Shown here: piece after piece, positions 13,244-22,922 of the stretch
How positions within the stretch are numbered: position 1 is the first letter of the stretch
Layout of the letters: every line of letters begins with the position of its first letter
Assembly: GCA_937889705.1 (NCBI GenBank)
Contig: CALBYO010000057.1
Span: 1 to 36,197, forward strand
Source of the DNA: an uncultured Bacillota bacterium
Lineage (GTDB): Bacteria > Bacillota > Clostridia > Christensenellales > UBA1242
Length of the DNA stretch: 36,197 nucleotides
Reading direction: 5' to 3'
Made by a program: the position numbers and the translations under genes
Notes under the pieces: model-generated
What the model was told of the DNA's origin: nothing
The model's database searches: none
What the model saw: only the letters and a program-made list of their open reading frames with translations

Positions 13244-14194
13244 TTAATCCTCTTTTAAAAATACTTCTATTTTAAGTTTGCCATTTTTGCCGCTTGCTAA
13301 CCCCAAGAACTCCCCGTTTGAATATAATTTTTTCAAATTCTCAAATGGCTCGGTTTTTACAAGTTGCCCGCAAATTAGTTTATTTCCTTCTTCGCTTGTG
13401 ATTTCAATTTTTTCTAAGTTTACAACTTCATCAGTTCTTAGAACTTTAAATGATTGATTTTCAATTTGCTCAAAAGTATAGCAATTATTAATATCAAAAT
13501 CGCCACACTTTGTTCTTGTCAAACTTGCCATTGTGCCAAAAGTGTTGAGTTTATATGCCATATCTCGAACGATGCTTCGAATATATGTTCCAGCGCCACA
13601 AGTAATTTCAAATTCAAACAAATTCTTATGAAAATCTGATTTTATTTCATCAATATTGTCATTCAAATTTACATCTTTATTTACTGACACAAAAAAGTTA
13701 AAAAGTTCTTCAATTTTAGTTAAATCATCAATTTTTTTGAATTTTATATCAAAAATTTCGATTTTTCTAGGTTGCAAAGTCACTTTTTCGCCACTTCTAG
13801 CAATGTCATACGCTTTTTTACCATTGACTTTTAATGCTGAAAATTGTGGCGGCAACTGCTCTACTACGCCTACAAAATTTTGAAGAATTTGATTAATATC
13901 TAACTCAGAAATTTCTGATTTTTTCAAATTAATAACTTTGCCTTCGCTATCCAAAGTGTCAGTTTCAAAACCAAAAACAAATACTGCTTTATATGTTTTT
14001 TGTTTGGTCAAAAAGAAATCAAATAAACGAGTTGCTTTACCAAATGTAACAGGTAAAACGCCGCTTGCGAGCGGGTCAAGCGTGCCCAAATGCCCCGCCT
14101 TTTTTGCGCCAATTAAATATTTAACTTTATTAACTGCTGAGTTTGAAGAAATCTTAACCGGCTTATTTAAAAGTATAACGCCACTATTTTGCAT
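13244..14194 (-). CDS. truB: tRNA pseudouridine(55) synthase TruB
   Basis: Track ORF 13244..14236. ATG 14194 (MQNSGVILLNKP) matches the usual TruB N-terminus and overlaps the upstream gene by 11 nt. Catalytic motif HLGTLDPLASG. Confidence 0.9.
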   Translation of the reverse strand: MQNSGVILLNKPVKISSNSAVNKVKYLIGAKKAGHLGTLDPLASGVLPVTFGKATRLFDFFLTKQKTYKAVFVFGFETDTLDSEGKVINLKKSEISELDINQILQNFVGVVEQLPPQFSALKVNGKKAYDIARSGEKVTLQPRKIEIFDIKFKKIDDLTKIEELFNFFVSVNKDVNLNDNIDEIKSDFHKNLFEFEITCGAGTYIRSIVRDMAYKLNTFGTMASLTRTKCGDFDINNCYTFEQIENQSFKVLRTDEVVNLEKIEITSEEGNKLICGQLVKTEPFENLKKLYSNGEFLGLASGKNGKLKIEVFLKED

Positions 14195-15164
14195 TTTCTT
14201 CCTCAACTTTTTTAATTTGCTCGTTACAATATGCAAAAACTTCTTTCTTTAATTTGCCGATTTTGCTATTTACTGTGCAACCAGCGGCATTTACATGACC
14301 GCCACCGCCGAACTTAGAAGCTACAGCGTTTACATCATAATTTGCACATGACCTGAAAGATACACTCCACAAGTTTTTGCCTTTTTCTTTAAAAATTGCT
14401 GTGATTTTTGCTCCTGCGATATCAACAATAAGAGTTAAAAATTTAGAAATATCGCTAAACATACAGTGTAATTTCTTGCAATCGCGTTGCGTCACAACCA
14501 AATATGCAACTTCGCCATTAAGTTTCACATTTTTAGACATAAAACTTGCCACGCGCACTTGATTTAAAGTTTTTTTCTTTTGAGTTGCATACACAACTTT
14601 TTCAAAATCTGCTTTTAAAGTCATCAATTTGCTTGTGACTTCAAAAGTTTCATTCGTAACATCGCTGTTTGTGAAATTATTTGTATCCGAAATTATTGCA
14701 GCGAGCATAGCAGATGCCATATCTGGTGTTATTTCAAAATCACATTTTTCCAAAAAGTTAAACAAAACTTGTCCACAAGCAGGCGCGTGTGGCTCAATAT
14801 AACAAAGTTTTGCATATTTACTATTTGAAACATGATGGTCAATTAATAATGTGTTAGGAAAACTTTCAAAGACTTCGCCATATTTTCCAAGTTTAAAAGT
14901 TGTTGCTGTATCCAAAGAAATTAACAAGTCAAACTCTGAGATTTCCAGTTCTGATGTATTAATTTTGTCGCTATATGGTATGAAAGTCAAATAATGTGGA
15001 ATTTCACTGTCCACAAACGCTTTAACATTTTTACCAAGTTTTTCAAGCAACATTGCCATTGAACATAGCGAGCCAACGCAATCGCCGTCAACACTTGTAT
15101 GCCCAAAAACGGCAACATTTGTTGCTGACAAAATTTTATCTTTCATTTGACTAATTAAGTCCAT
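14184..15164 (-). CDS. DHH/DHHA1 phosphoesterase (NrnA-like oligoribonuclease/pAp phosphatase)
   Basis: Track ORF of 326 aa. Motifs GHTSVDGDCVGS, LIDHHV and FGGGGHVNAAG. Confidence 0.85.
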   Translation of the reverse strand: MDLISQMKDKILSATNVAVFGHTSVDGDCVGSLCSMAMLLEKLGKNVKAFVDSEIPHYLTFIPYSDKINTSELEISEFDLLISLDTATTFKLGKYGEVFESFPNTLLIDHHVSNSKYAKLCYIEPHAPACGQVLFNFLEKCDFEITPDMASAMLAAIISDTNNFTNSDVTNETFEVTSKLMTLKADFEKVVYATQKKKTLNQVRVASFMSKNVKLNGEVAYLVVTQRDCKKLHCMFSDISKFLTLIVDIAGAKITAIFKEKGKNLWSVSFRSCANYDVNAVASKFGGGGHVNAAGCTVNSKIGKLKKEVFAYCNEQIKKVEEENAK

Positions 15165-15180
15165 AAATTTCTCCTATTTT

Positions 15181-15211
15181 AAACAAAAATTAGATATAAA
15201 AATATATCTAA
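15181..15211 (-). terminator. AT-rich hairpin plus U-run after rbfA (weak terminator)
   Basis: TTAGATATA (15190-15198) pairs with TATATCTAA (15203-15211), overlapping the rbfA stop. TTTTTGTTT follows on the minus strand. Confidence 0.45.
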
Positions 15212-15534
15212 TTTCTGATTTTACGCAAAAGTTCTTCAATTTTATTTGCATTTGCTTCGGTGTTATCCGCAACAAAATTTAATTCTGGTGTGTTTTTCAT
15301 AATCAATTTTTTTGCAAGTTCGCGTCTAATAAAACCTTTTGATGAGTTCAAAAGTTTGATAATTTCCTTTGAATTGTCGCACTCAACGCCAACTTTTGCA
15401 TTTTTTAAATCTGGCGCAGTTTCAACATAAGTCAATGTGATTATGTTTCCAGAAATACGCTTGTCATTCATGTTTTGAATGATTTGTAAAAGCGCCTTCA
15501 TAACTTCTGAATTAACTCTTTCCATTCTATACAT
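15208..15534 (-). CDS. rbfA: ribosome-binding factor A
   Basis: Track ORF of 108 aa. RVNSEVMKAL...TPELNF pattern and a conserved position after infB. Confidence 0.9.
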   Translation of the reverse strand: MYRMERVNSEVMKALLQIIQNMNDKRISGNIITLTYVETAPDLKNAKVGVECDNSKEIIKLLNSSKGFIRRELAKKLIMKNTPELNFVADNTEANANKIEELLRKIRN

Positions 15535-15545
15535 ATTTGTGCCTC

Positions 15546-18062
15546 CTACTTCTTAATTGGCTCATTAACATAAAATTCAAGAGTATCGCCTTCTTTAACA
15601 AGATTGCCTTCTTCAAGTCTAATTCCACATTCAAAGCCTTTTGCAACTTCTGCTTTGTCGTCTTTAACAATTTTTAAACTTTCAACTGGTGTTTCAACAA
15701 CAAGTTCGCCATTTCTGAACACTCTTGCAATGCTGTTTCTTGTTGCTTTACCATCAGTGATATATGAGCCAACAACAAAGCCAACGCTTGAAAGTTTGAA
15801 CATCGCTCTAACTTCGGCATGGCCGATAACAACTTGTTCATATTTGATTGTTTGCATGCCGTTAATTGCTGCTGTTACATCGTCAACGACATCGTAAATG
15901 ACTGAATATGACTTGATTTCAACATTTTGCGTTTTTGCAAGCATTTCTGCTTTTGGTCCAACTTTAACATTGAAAGCAATAATAACTGCATCAGATGCCT
16001 TAGCAAGAAGAACATCGGATTCTGTAACAAATCCAGCAGCACTGTGAATACAAACAACTCTAACTTCATCATTTTCGATTGTTGTAAGTGTTTGTTTTAA
16101 TGCTTCAACTGAGCCTTGAACATCGGCTTTGATAATGATATTAAGTGATTTCAACTTGCCTTCGTTGACTTTGCTCATGAAATCGTCAAGAGAAACGCCA
16201 GATGTTGTGTTTGCTCTATCTTCTTTAATTTTATTCTTTCTTTCTTCAATAACTTGTTTTGACAATTTTTCATCAACTGCAACAACAACATCGCCCGCAT
16301 TTGGAACATCTTGGAAGCCCAAAACTGAAACTGCTTCTGATGGTCCAGCAGATTTGACTTGCTTGCCGTTATCGTCAAACATTGCTCTAACTTTGCCGTA
16401 TGTTAAGCCGCAAACGATATTGTCGCCAACTTTGAGTGTTCCGTTTTGAACGAGAACTGATGCAACAGGTCCTCTGTTTTTATCAAGTTCGGCTTCAATA
16501 ATAACGCCGTTTGCCATTCTATTTGGATTTGCTTTTAATTCTTGAACATCTGCAACAAGTATGATTGTTTCCAAAAGTTTGTCAATTCCCATACCTTGTT
16601 TTGCTGAAATTGGAACTAAAATTGTATCGCCGCCCCATTCTTCTGGAAGAACATCATGTTCGGCGAGTTGTTGTTTAACTCTTTCAGGATTTGCGCCTGG
16701 CTTGTCCATTTTATTAATTGCAACAATCATTGGAACGTCTGCTGCTTTAATATGGTCAATAGCCTCTATTGTTTGTGGCATTATTCCATCATCAGCTGCG
16801 ACAACAAGCACTGCAACATCTGTTACTTGTGCACCACGCGCTCTCATTGATGTGAAGGCTGCGTGTCCTGGTGTGTCAATAAATGTGATTTTTCTGCCTG
16901 CGGCTGTGATTGTATATGCACCAATTCTTTGTGTGATACCGCCTGCTTCGCCAGAAACGACATTTGTTTTTCTAATTGCATCAAGAAGTGAAGTTTTACC
17001 ATGGTCAACATGTCCCATAACTGTGACAACTGGTGGTCTAACAATCAATTCTTCATCTTTATCTTCAACTGTTAAATCTTTTAATTGTTCTTCAAATGTT
17101 TTATCAAGTTTAAGTTCAAGTGTTACTCCCATATCAGAAAGAGCAAGTTCTGCTGTTTCAAAATCAACAACGCTATTAATTGTTGCCATAACGCCAAGCA
17201 TCATCAATTTTTTGATAATCTCAGTTGCTGGTTTTCCTGTTTTTTCAGAAAGCGTTTTAACTGTAACAGTTTCAGAATTGATAACTGCATGGTCAATAAC
17301 TGGTGCAACAAATGTTGGTTTTTCTTTCTTTGTCTTTATGAGTTTTCTTGAACCCATTGTTGTTTCTTCAAAGTCATCTCCATCGTTGACATAAACAACT
17401 TTATTGCTTAAATTGCGTTTATTTGGAATTTGTTGTTTCTTTTCTTCCAAGTTTTGTCTATTTGGCGATTTATTTTTATTACCAAAAGTTCTTGTTTGCT
17501 CTGGCATAACAATAGGTTCTGCTGTGAATGACTTAAAATTATTGCCTTTACTTGCTGCGAATGAACCTTTTGGCCCGTTAAATTGCCTATTTCCGTAAGG
17601 TTTTTGGTCATTTCTTTGATTAAAGTTAGGCTTTTGACCTTGATTGTTCCTATTTTGGAAATTTTGATTTTTATTAAAGTTACCATCTTTATTAAATGGT
17701 CTTTGTTCTCTATTGAAAGGCCTATTTTGAGAATTATCTCTCATTGGTCTGCGGTCTTGCCTATCAGTTTGCCTATCAAAAGTTTTGTTGAACTCTTGTT
17801 TTTTGTTATAAGAGATTTCTTCCTTTAAAGGAGCAATTTCTGGCTCTTTTTCAACTACTTCAACAACTTTTTCAACAACAACTTCGGCGGCTTTTTTCTT
17901 TTCTTCCAAATTTTTCTTTGCCACCGCCATATCTGTTTGAAGTTGGTCAAGTTGAACTTTTGAACTTCTAATATTTCTCAAAAGTGATTGGATAGAACCA
18001 CCAACTTGAAGTTCGTGTATTGCTCTTAAATTTACAAATCCTTGATTTTTACTTTCTGCCAT
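15546..18062 (-). CDS. infB: translation initiation factor IF-2
   Basis: Track ORF of 838 aa. G domain VMGHVDHGKTSLLD, DTPGH, NKMD. N-terminal Q/N/R-rich low-complexity region. Confidence 0.97.
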   Translation of the reverse strand: MAESKNQGFVNLRAIHELQVGGSIQSLLRNIRSSKVQLDQLQTDMAVAKKNLEEKKKAAEVVVEKVVEVVEKEPEIAPLKEEISYNKKQEFNKTFDRQTDRQDRRPMRDNSQNRPFNREQRPFNKDGNFNKNQNFQNRNNQGQKPNFNQRNDQKPYGNRQFNGPKGSFAASKGNNFKSFTAEPIVMPEQTRTFGNKNKSPNRQNLEEKKQQIPNKRNLSNKVVYVNDGDDFEETTMGSRKLIKTKKEKPTFVAPVIDHAVINSETVTVKTLSEKTGKPATEIIKKLMMLGVMATINSVVDFETAELALSDMGVTLELKLDKTFEEQLKDLTVEDKDEELIVRPPVVTVMGHVDHGKTSLLDAIRKTNVVSGEAGGITQRIGAYTITAAGRKITFIDTPGHAAFTSMRARGAQVTDVAVLVVAADDGIMPQTIEAIDHIKAADVPMIVAINKMDKPGANPERVKQQLAEHDVLPEEWGGDTILVPISAKQGMGIDKLLETIILVADVQELKANPNRMANGVIIEAELDKNRGPVASVLVQNGTLKVGDNIVCGLTYGKVRAMFDDNGKQVKSAGPSEAVSVLGFQDVPNAGDVVVAVDEKLSKQVIEERKNKIKEDRANTTSGVSLDDFMSKVNEGKLKSLNIIIKADVQGSVEALKQTLTTIENDEVRVVCIHSAAGFVTESDVLLAKASDAVIIAFNVKVGPKAEMLAKTQNVEIKSYSVIYDVVDDVTAAINGMQTIKYEQVVIGHAEVRAMFKLSSVGFVVGSYITDGKATRNSIARVFRNGELVVETPVESLKIVKDDKAEVAKGFECGIRLEEGNLVKEGDTLEFYVNEPIKK

Positions 18063-18316
18063 TAAATCTCCTTTAAATTTTCCTGAATACTTTCGTATAT
18101 TTTATCTTCAACTGGCATTTTAAATGCCCTGCTTAAAGCCTTTGTTTTTTTAAGTTTTGACAAGCAATCTTCACACTTGCAAACATAAGCACCGCGGCAA
18201 TTTACTTTCTGTGATTTATCTATAACAATTTGATTGTCTGATTTAATAAATCTAATCATTTCCGCTCTGTCTTTCATTTGTTTGCAAACTATGCACATTC
18301 TCAAAACTTGTTTCAT
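18062..18316 (-). CDS. ylxR: YlxR/RnpM family (DUF448) RNA-binding protein
   Basis: Track ORF of 84 aa. RMCIVCKQMKDRAEMIRF and RGAYVC motifs. Canonical position between nusA and infB. Confidence 0.85.
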   Translation of the reverse strand: MKQVLRMCIVCKQMKDRAEMIRFIKSDNQIVIDKSQKVNCRGAYVCKCEDCLSKLKKTKALSRAFKMPVEDKIYESIQENLKEI

Positions 18317-18317
18317 T

Positions 18318-19484
18318 TTACTCCTCGTCTAAATTGATTTCTTCAAGGTCGTCCATGCTGTCAAAAGAATCAAAATCTGAAAGCGAATTATCATCTGCAA
18401 TATCTGTGATTTCATATTCAACTTCTGGGCTTGTTTCTTCTTTTGCAACTTGTGATTCTGGTTTAACATCAATTTTCCAGCCTGTAAGTCTTGCTGCAAG
18501 CCTTACATTTTGACCGCTCTTACCGATTGCAAGTGAAAGTTTATCGTCTGGGACAATAACTCTTGACGCTTTCAAACTGTCATTTGTTTCAACGCTAATA
18601 ATTTTTGCTGGGCTTAATGCTCTTGCGATATATTCAAGCGGATCATCTGAATATAAAACTAAATCTATCTTTTCGCCGTTAAGTTCAGAAACGATTGTGT
18701 TAATTCTAACTCCACGATTTCCCACGCAAGCGCCAACAGCGTCAACATTTGGTTTATCACTAAAAACTGCAACTTTTGTTCTATTGCCAGCATCTCTTGC
18801 TATATTTTTGATGACAACTTCACCAGATGCGATTTCTGGAACTTCAAGTTCAAACAATTTTCTAACAAATCCAATATTGCTTCTTGAAACTTGAATTTGT
18901 GGTCCATGAAGGCCATCTTTAATGCGTTTAACATAAACTTTAATTCTATCGCCTTCGTGAAATTTTTCACCTGGAATTTGGTCTGTTTCAAGCATAACGC
19001 CTTCTGAATGAGAACCTGCAATTTGAACATAGATAACGCCGTTGTCTATTCTTTTTACAACTGTTGTTAAAAGTTCGTCTTCCTTTTCAGAAAGTTCGCT
19101 TGTTGCAATTTGTCTTTCCATTTCTTTTAATTTTTGCATAACAACTTGTTTTGCTGTTTGTGCTGCAATTCTTCCGAAATCTTTTGGACTTTCTTCTTCA
19201 ACAACATTGTCGCCAATATTGTATGACTTTTTAATTTTTCTAGCGTCTTCAAGTGAAATTTCCTTATCTGGGTCTTCAACTTCTTCAACTATTGTTTTAT
19301 AAGAATACACTTTGATTGTATTCTTTTCTGGTACTAATTTCACAAGAGCGTGTTTTGCTTCGCCGCAAGATTTTTTATACGCTGATGTCAATGCTGCTTC
19401 CAACGCTTCAATGAAACTTTCCTTGTTTATTTTCTTTTGCATTTCTAATTCGTCAAGTGCTAAAAAGAAGTCTTTATTTATCAT
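18318..19484 (-). CDS. nusA: transcription termination/antitermination factor NusA
   Basis: Track ORF of 388 aa with N-terminal, S1 and KH domains (IGKSGQNVRLAARLTGWKIDV) and an acidic tail. Confidence 0.95.
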   Translation of the reverse strand: MINKDFFLALDELEMQKKINKESFIEALEAALTSAYKKSCGEAKHALVKLVPEKNTIKVYSYKTIVEEVEDPDKEISLEDARKIKKSYNIGDNVVEEESPKDFGRIAAQTAKQVVMQKLKEMERQIATSELSEKEDELLTTVVKRIDNGVIYVQIAGSHSEGVMLETDQIPGEKFHEGDRIKVYVKRIKDGLHGPQIQVSRSNIGFVRKLFELEVPEIASGEVVIKNIARDAGNRTKVAVFSDKPNVDAVGACVGNRGVRINTIVSELNGEKIDLVLYSDDPLEYIARALSPAKIISVETNDSLKASRVIVPDDKLSLAIGKSGQNVRLAARLTGWKIDVKPESQVAKEETSPEVEYEITDIADDNSLSDFDSFDSMDDLEEINLDEE

Positions 19485-19546
19485 GTTTTTCTCCTATAAT
19501 TTTGTTTTTTATATATATTTTAATTACTTTTTCAAGTAAGAAAAAT

Positions 19547-20008
19547 CTAGAAATCTAAATGAAGCGCAACATTGCCAACCATTTTTCTTGGAAGTGCTAT
19601 TTCAACTTCATTTTCCACTATCACTATATTTTCCTCGTCAAAGCCTTTTAATAAGCCAGTGAAAGATTTTTTCTTGTTGATTGGTGCATACAACTTTACA
19701 TCAACAAGCCTGCCGATATTTCTTTTCAAGTCTTTATCTGTTTTGATAGGTCTATCAAGACCGCAAGATGACACTGAAAGTATATATGGGACATCGTCTG
19801 TTGGGTTAAGTTCGTCCAAAGGTTCGTCTATCAATTTGTGAACTTTTTCGCAATCGTCAATAGTTATTCCATTTGGACTGTCGATATAAAAGCACAAATT
19901 CATACCATCAACTTTTTTTGCATATTCAACTTCAACAACTTCGTAACCAAGACTTTCAATTATTGGGTTGATATGTTCGCAGACCACTTCAACAATTTTT
20001 CCAGCCAT
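19547..20008 (-). CDS. rimP: ribosome maturation factor RimP
   Basis: Track ORF of 153 aa. LGYEVVEVEY...LSVSSCGLDRPIK pattern, immediately upstream of nusA. Confidence 0.9.
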   Translation of the reverse strand: MAGKIVEVVCEHINPIIESLGYEVVEVEYAKKVDGMNLCFYIDSPNGITIDDCEKVHKLIDEPLDELNPTDDVPYILSVSSCGLDRPIKTDKDLKRNIGRLVDVKLYAPINKKKSFTGLLKGFDEENIVIVENEVEIALPRKMVGNVALHLDF

Positions 20009-20029
20009 TAAAACTCCTTTAACTAATAA

Positions 20030-20051
20030 GAGCGAGCCTCTCGGCTCACTC
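20030..20051 (-). promoter_or_regulatory. GC-rich leader hairpin of the rimP-nusA-infB operon
   Basis: Minus strand GAGUGAGCC-GAGA-GGCUCGCUC forms 9 bp including one G-U, followed by UUAUUAGUU. It lies between the promoter and the rimP SD. Confidence 0.5.
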
Positions 20052-20074
20052 CCTAAATTTCTAGTAACAAGATT

Positions 20075-20103
20075 ATTTTATTACATACAAGCCGCTATGT
20101 CAA
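20075..20103 (-). promoter_or_regulatory. sigma-A type promoter of the rimP operon
   Basis: Minus strand reads TTGACA (20103-20098), 17 nt, then TAAAAT (20080-20075). Confidence 0.75.
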
Positions 20104-20120
20104 GCATTTTTTCAAATTTT

Positions 20121-20149
20121 AAAATAAAAAAGTGAAGATTACTCTTCAC
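20121..20149 (-). terminator. rpoZ terminator
   Basis: GTGAAGA (20132-20138) pairs with TCTTCAC (20143-20149), overlapping the stop codon. TTTTTTATTTT follows on the minus strand. Confidence 0.75.
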
Positions 20150-20336
20150 TTGCTACGATTGTTCCATTATAAATTTCTTCTGCTGCCATAGTAATAGCTT
20201 TTTTATCGCTTTTTTCAATTTCTTCTGGAATTCTTTTTTCTAATTCTTTTGCACGTTTTGCAATTACTGTGCAAAGTTTGTATTTATTGCCATCTGTTTT
20301 TGCTGCAAGTTCGTCAATTGGCGGTTGATTCATCAT
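20139..20336 (-). CDS. rpoZ: DNA-directed RNA polymerase subunit omega
   Basis: Track ORF of 65 aa. PPIDELAAKTDGNKYKLCTVIAKRAKEL is the typical omega N-terminus. SD GGTGA. Confidence 0.85.
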   Translation of the reverse strand: MMNQPPIDELAAKTDGNKYKLCTVIAKRAKELEKRIPEEIEKSDKKAITMAAEEIYNGTIVASEE

Positions 20337-20393
20337 AATTATTCACCTCATTTATTAAATTCTTTGCGATTATATCACACTTTTTTAAATTTG

Positions 20394-21434
20394 TTAACTA
20401 TTTTTTAACAATTTATTTCTAAGTTGCCCGCAAGCGCCTTCAATGTCTGCTCCCAAACTGCGTCTTATGCTTGCTGACGCACCATATTCTTCCAATTTAT
20501 CTTTAAATGCGTAAATTTGCTTTTTGTTTGTAGCAATCAAATTTTTCTCTTTAACGCTATTCAAAGGAATTAAATTGATGTGAGTTGGATAGCCACTTAC
20601 AAGTTTAGCGAGTTGTTTTGCGTGCTCAAAACTATCATTCACGCCGCTAATCATAGCGTATTCAAAAACAACTCTCCTGCCTGTTTTTTTGAAATAGTAT
20701 TTTGTTGCATCAATTAGCGATTTTAAATCGTAAGCATTTGCAACTTTCATAATTTGCTTTCGCGTTTCGTCATTCGGAGCGTGAAGCGAAATTGTGAGAG
20801 TTATTGAAAAGCCATCGTCTGCAAGTTGTTTAATTTTTGGCACAAGCCCGCAAGTCGAAAGTGAAATATTTCTTTGGCTTATACCAAGAGTGTCTGGACT
20901 TGTAACCTTTCTTAAAAAGTCCGTAACATTTTCGTAATTATCAAGTGGCTCGCCACTGCCCATCAATACGATGTTTGTTATTTCTCTTTCTGTTGCGCCG
21001 CCACTTATGTCACGATTTACAGCCAAAATTTCGCCTAAAATTTCGCCGCTAGATAAATTTCTTATAAGTCCATTTAACCCAGAAGCACAAAATGCACAGC
21101 CCATTCTGCAACCAACCTGCGTTGACAAACAGATTGTTCTGCCATATTTATAACTTAAAACAACACACTCAATAATTTCGTCATCTTGAAGTTTAAGAGC
21201 ATATTTTAAAGTGCCGTCCTTACTTTCAAATTTCTTATAAATAGTAACTGGGTTTGCGACATATTCTTCTTTTAACTTTTCGCGAAGTTGTTTTGAAATA
21301 TTTGTAATTTCGTCGATTTGCAAGCCAGAAAAAACAGCAGAATAAATTTGACCAGCCCTATACTTTGGCTGACCTAACTTTTCTGCGAGTGCGTCAAAAT
21401 CTTCTCTATGCAAATCTAGCAAACATTTTTTCAA
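20394..21434 (-). CDS. rlmN: 23S rRNA/tRNA adenine-C2 methyltransferase RlmN (radical SAM)
   Basis: Track ORF of 346 aa. Has the CRMGCAFCASG cluster, GSGEPLDN, and C-terminal GACGQL. Confidence 0.92.
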   Translation of the reverse strand: MKKCLLDLHREDFDALAEKLGQPKYRAGQIYSAVFSGLQIDEITNISKQLREKLKEEYVANPVTIYKKFESKDGTLKYALKLQDDEIIECVVLSYKYGRTICLSTQVGCRMGCAFCASGLNGLIRNLSSGEILGEILAVNRDISGGATEREITNIVLMGSGEPLDNYENVTDFLRKVTSPDTLGISQRNISLSTCGLVPKIKQLADDGFSITLTISLHAPNDETRKQIMKVANAYDLKSLIDATKYYFKKTGRRVVFEYAMISGVNDSFEHAKQLAKLVSGYPTHINLIPLNSVKEKNLIATNKKQIYAFKDKLEEYGASASIRRSLGADIEGACGQLRNKLLKNS

Positions 21435-22399
21435 CTTAATATTTCTCCCACATTGAAACTTTTTCCGTTTAAATAACTTTTGATATCCATTTTTTTACCA
21501 TTTGGTGCTTGAATAACTGTTGGCATAAAAAATCCATTTTTTGCTTTAATCACAAGTCCAAAAGGTTTGCATGACGAACAAACAATTTCGCCATTTTTAA
21601 ATTCATTATTTTTTACAAATGAACATATTTTCATATATTCTTCGCTGGATTGCAAAACATATTTGCTTTCAAAAACTTTATAATTTTCATTATGATATTC
21701 AAAATATGCTACTGGGTTTGGATTGTACGCCCTTGTCATATCAAATAATTTTTCACAATCAAATTCAAAATTCAATTTAGCATCTTCTTTTTTTATCATA
21801 GAACAAAAAGTTGCATTTTCATCGTTTTGCTCTGTTAAAATAGCGTTGCCACTTACAATTTTATCCATCGTTTCAAGAAGTAGTTGACTTCCTAATTCAA
21901 ACATCCTTTCGGTCAACTCGCCTGCTGTTTCGTTTTCACCAATTTTAACTTTTTCAATGACATAAGTTCCGCCAGCATCAACCGCAAGAACCATTTTCAT
22001 AATCGCAACACCTGTTTCTTTGTCGCCATTTAAAATCGCTGAAATAATTGGTGATGCTCCCCTATATTTTGGAAGTAATGAAGGGTGAATATTAAGAGTT
22101 TCGTATTTTGGAATATCTATAATTTCTTGACTAATAATTTGTCCGTAAGATGCGGAAACCAAAAAATCAGGTTTCAAATTAATTAAATCTTGCACGCCTT
22201 CTTTTCTAATTTTATTATATTGCAAAACAGGAATGTTTTTAGAAAGCGCATATTTTTTAACTTCGCACATTTCAATTTTATTATTTCTGCCGTTTGGTTT
22301 ATCAGGTTGACAAACAACAGCAACCACTTCGTGTTTGCTGTTAAATAAACTTTTTAAAACTGAAATTGCTGTGTCGCTTCCCAAAAAAACAATTCTCAT
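21431..22399 (-). CDS. fmt: methionyl-tRNA formyltransferase
   Basis: Track ORF of 322 aa. MRIVFLGSD, NIHPSLLPKYRGASPI. Confidence 0.92.
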   Translation of the reverse strand: MRIVFLGSDTAISVLKSLFNSKHEVVAVVCQPDKPNGRNNKIEMCEVKKYALSKNIPVLQYNKIRKEGVQDLINLKPDFLVSASYGQIISQEIIDIPKYETLNIHPSLLPKYRGASPIISAILNGDKETGVAIMKMVLAVDAGGTYVIEKVKIGENETAGELTERMFELGSQLLLETMDKIVSGNAILTEQNDENATFCSMIKKEDAKLNFEFDCEKLFDMTRAYNPNPVAYFEYHNENYKVFESKYVLQSSEEYMKICSFVKNNEFKNGEIVCSSCKPFGLVIKAKNGFFMPTVIQAPNGKKMDIKSYLNGKSFNVGEILS

Positions 22400-22860
22400 T
22401 ATTTCTTTCCTTCTTTATATCCTTTTTCAATTTTGTCTATAAATAATATTCCGTCAAGGTGGTCAATTTCATGACAAAGCACGCGCGCCAAATATTTTTC
22501 GCCAGTGATTGTAAAATCATATCCCAACCTATCTTGCGCCTTAACAGTGACCTGCATTGGGCGTTTAACATATTCATAATTTGTTCCAACAGATAAGCAA
22601 CCTTCTTTTTCAATATCGCTGCCACGCTCTGAAATTATTTCTGGGTTTATGAGTTCCATAAACATATTGTTTGCTTCAATAATGATAACTCTTTTCAAAA
22701 CGCCAACTTGAACGGCTGCCAAACCCATGCCGTTGTTTTTGTACATCGTTTCTTTCATGTCATCTAAGAGTTCCCATAAATTTTCATCAAAATCGTGAAC
22801 AGGTTTACTTTTCTTTCTTAAAAGGTCATCTCCAACCTTTACAATATTTCTAATAGCCAT
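22399..22860 (-). CDS. def: peptide deformylase
   Basis: Track ORF of 153 aa. Motifs GLAAVQVG, EGCLS, HEIDHLDG. Confidence 0.95.
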   Translation of the reverse strand: MAIRNIVKVGDDLLRKKSKPVHDFDENLWELLDDMKETMYKNNGMGLAAVQVGVLKRVIIIEANNMFMELINPEIISERGSDIEKEGCLSVGTNYEYVKRPMQVTVKAQDRLGYDFTITGEKYLARVLCHEIDHLDGILFIDKIEKGYKEGKK

Positions 22861-22922
22861 AATATCTCCTAAGTATTTACTATTATTTTAAATATACAAT
22901 TAAATCAATAAAAAATCAATAT

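Noticed and set aside
15604-17828. Long plus-strand ORFs antisense to infB (for example 16561..17394, 277 aa), and similar shadow ORFs antisense to nusA, priA, uvrB (28670..29086), the CvpA-like gene and the 220-aa gene (10514..10789).
   Set aside because: These are typical antisense shadow frames of strongly coding regions. They encode S/T/I/F-rich low-complexity peptides with no SD and overlap well-supported genes completely.
15546-18062. Q/N/R-rich low-complexity repeats in the N-terminal third of IF-2.
   Set aside because: The N-terminal region of bacterial IF-2 is commonly variable and of low complexity, so this is not unusual.
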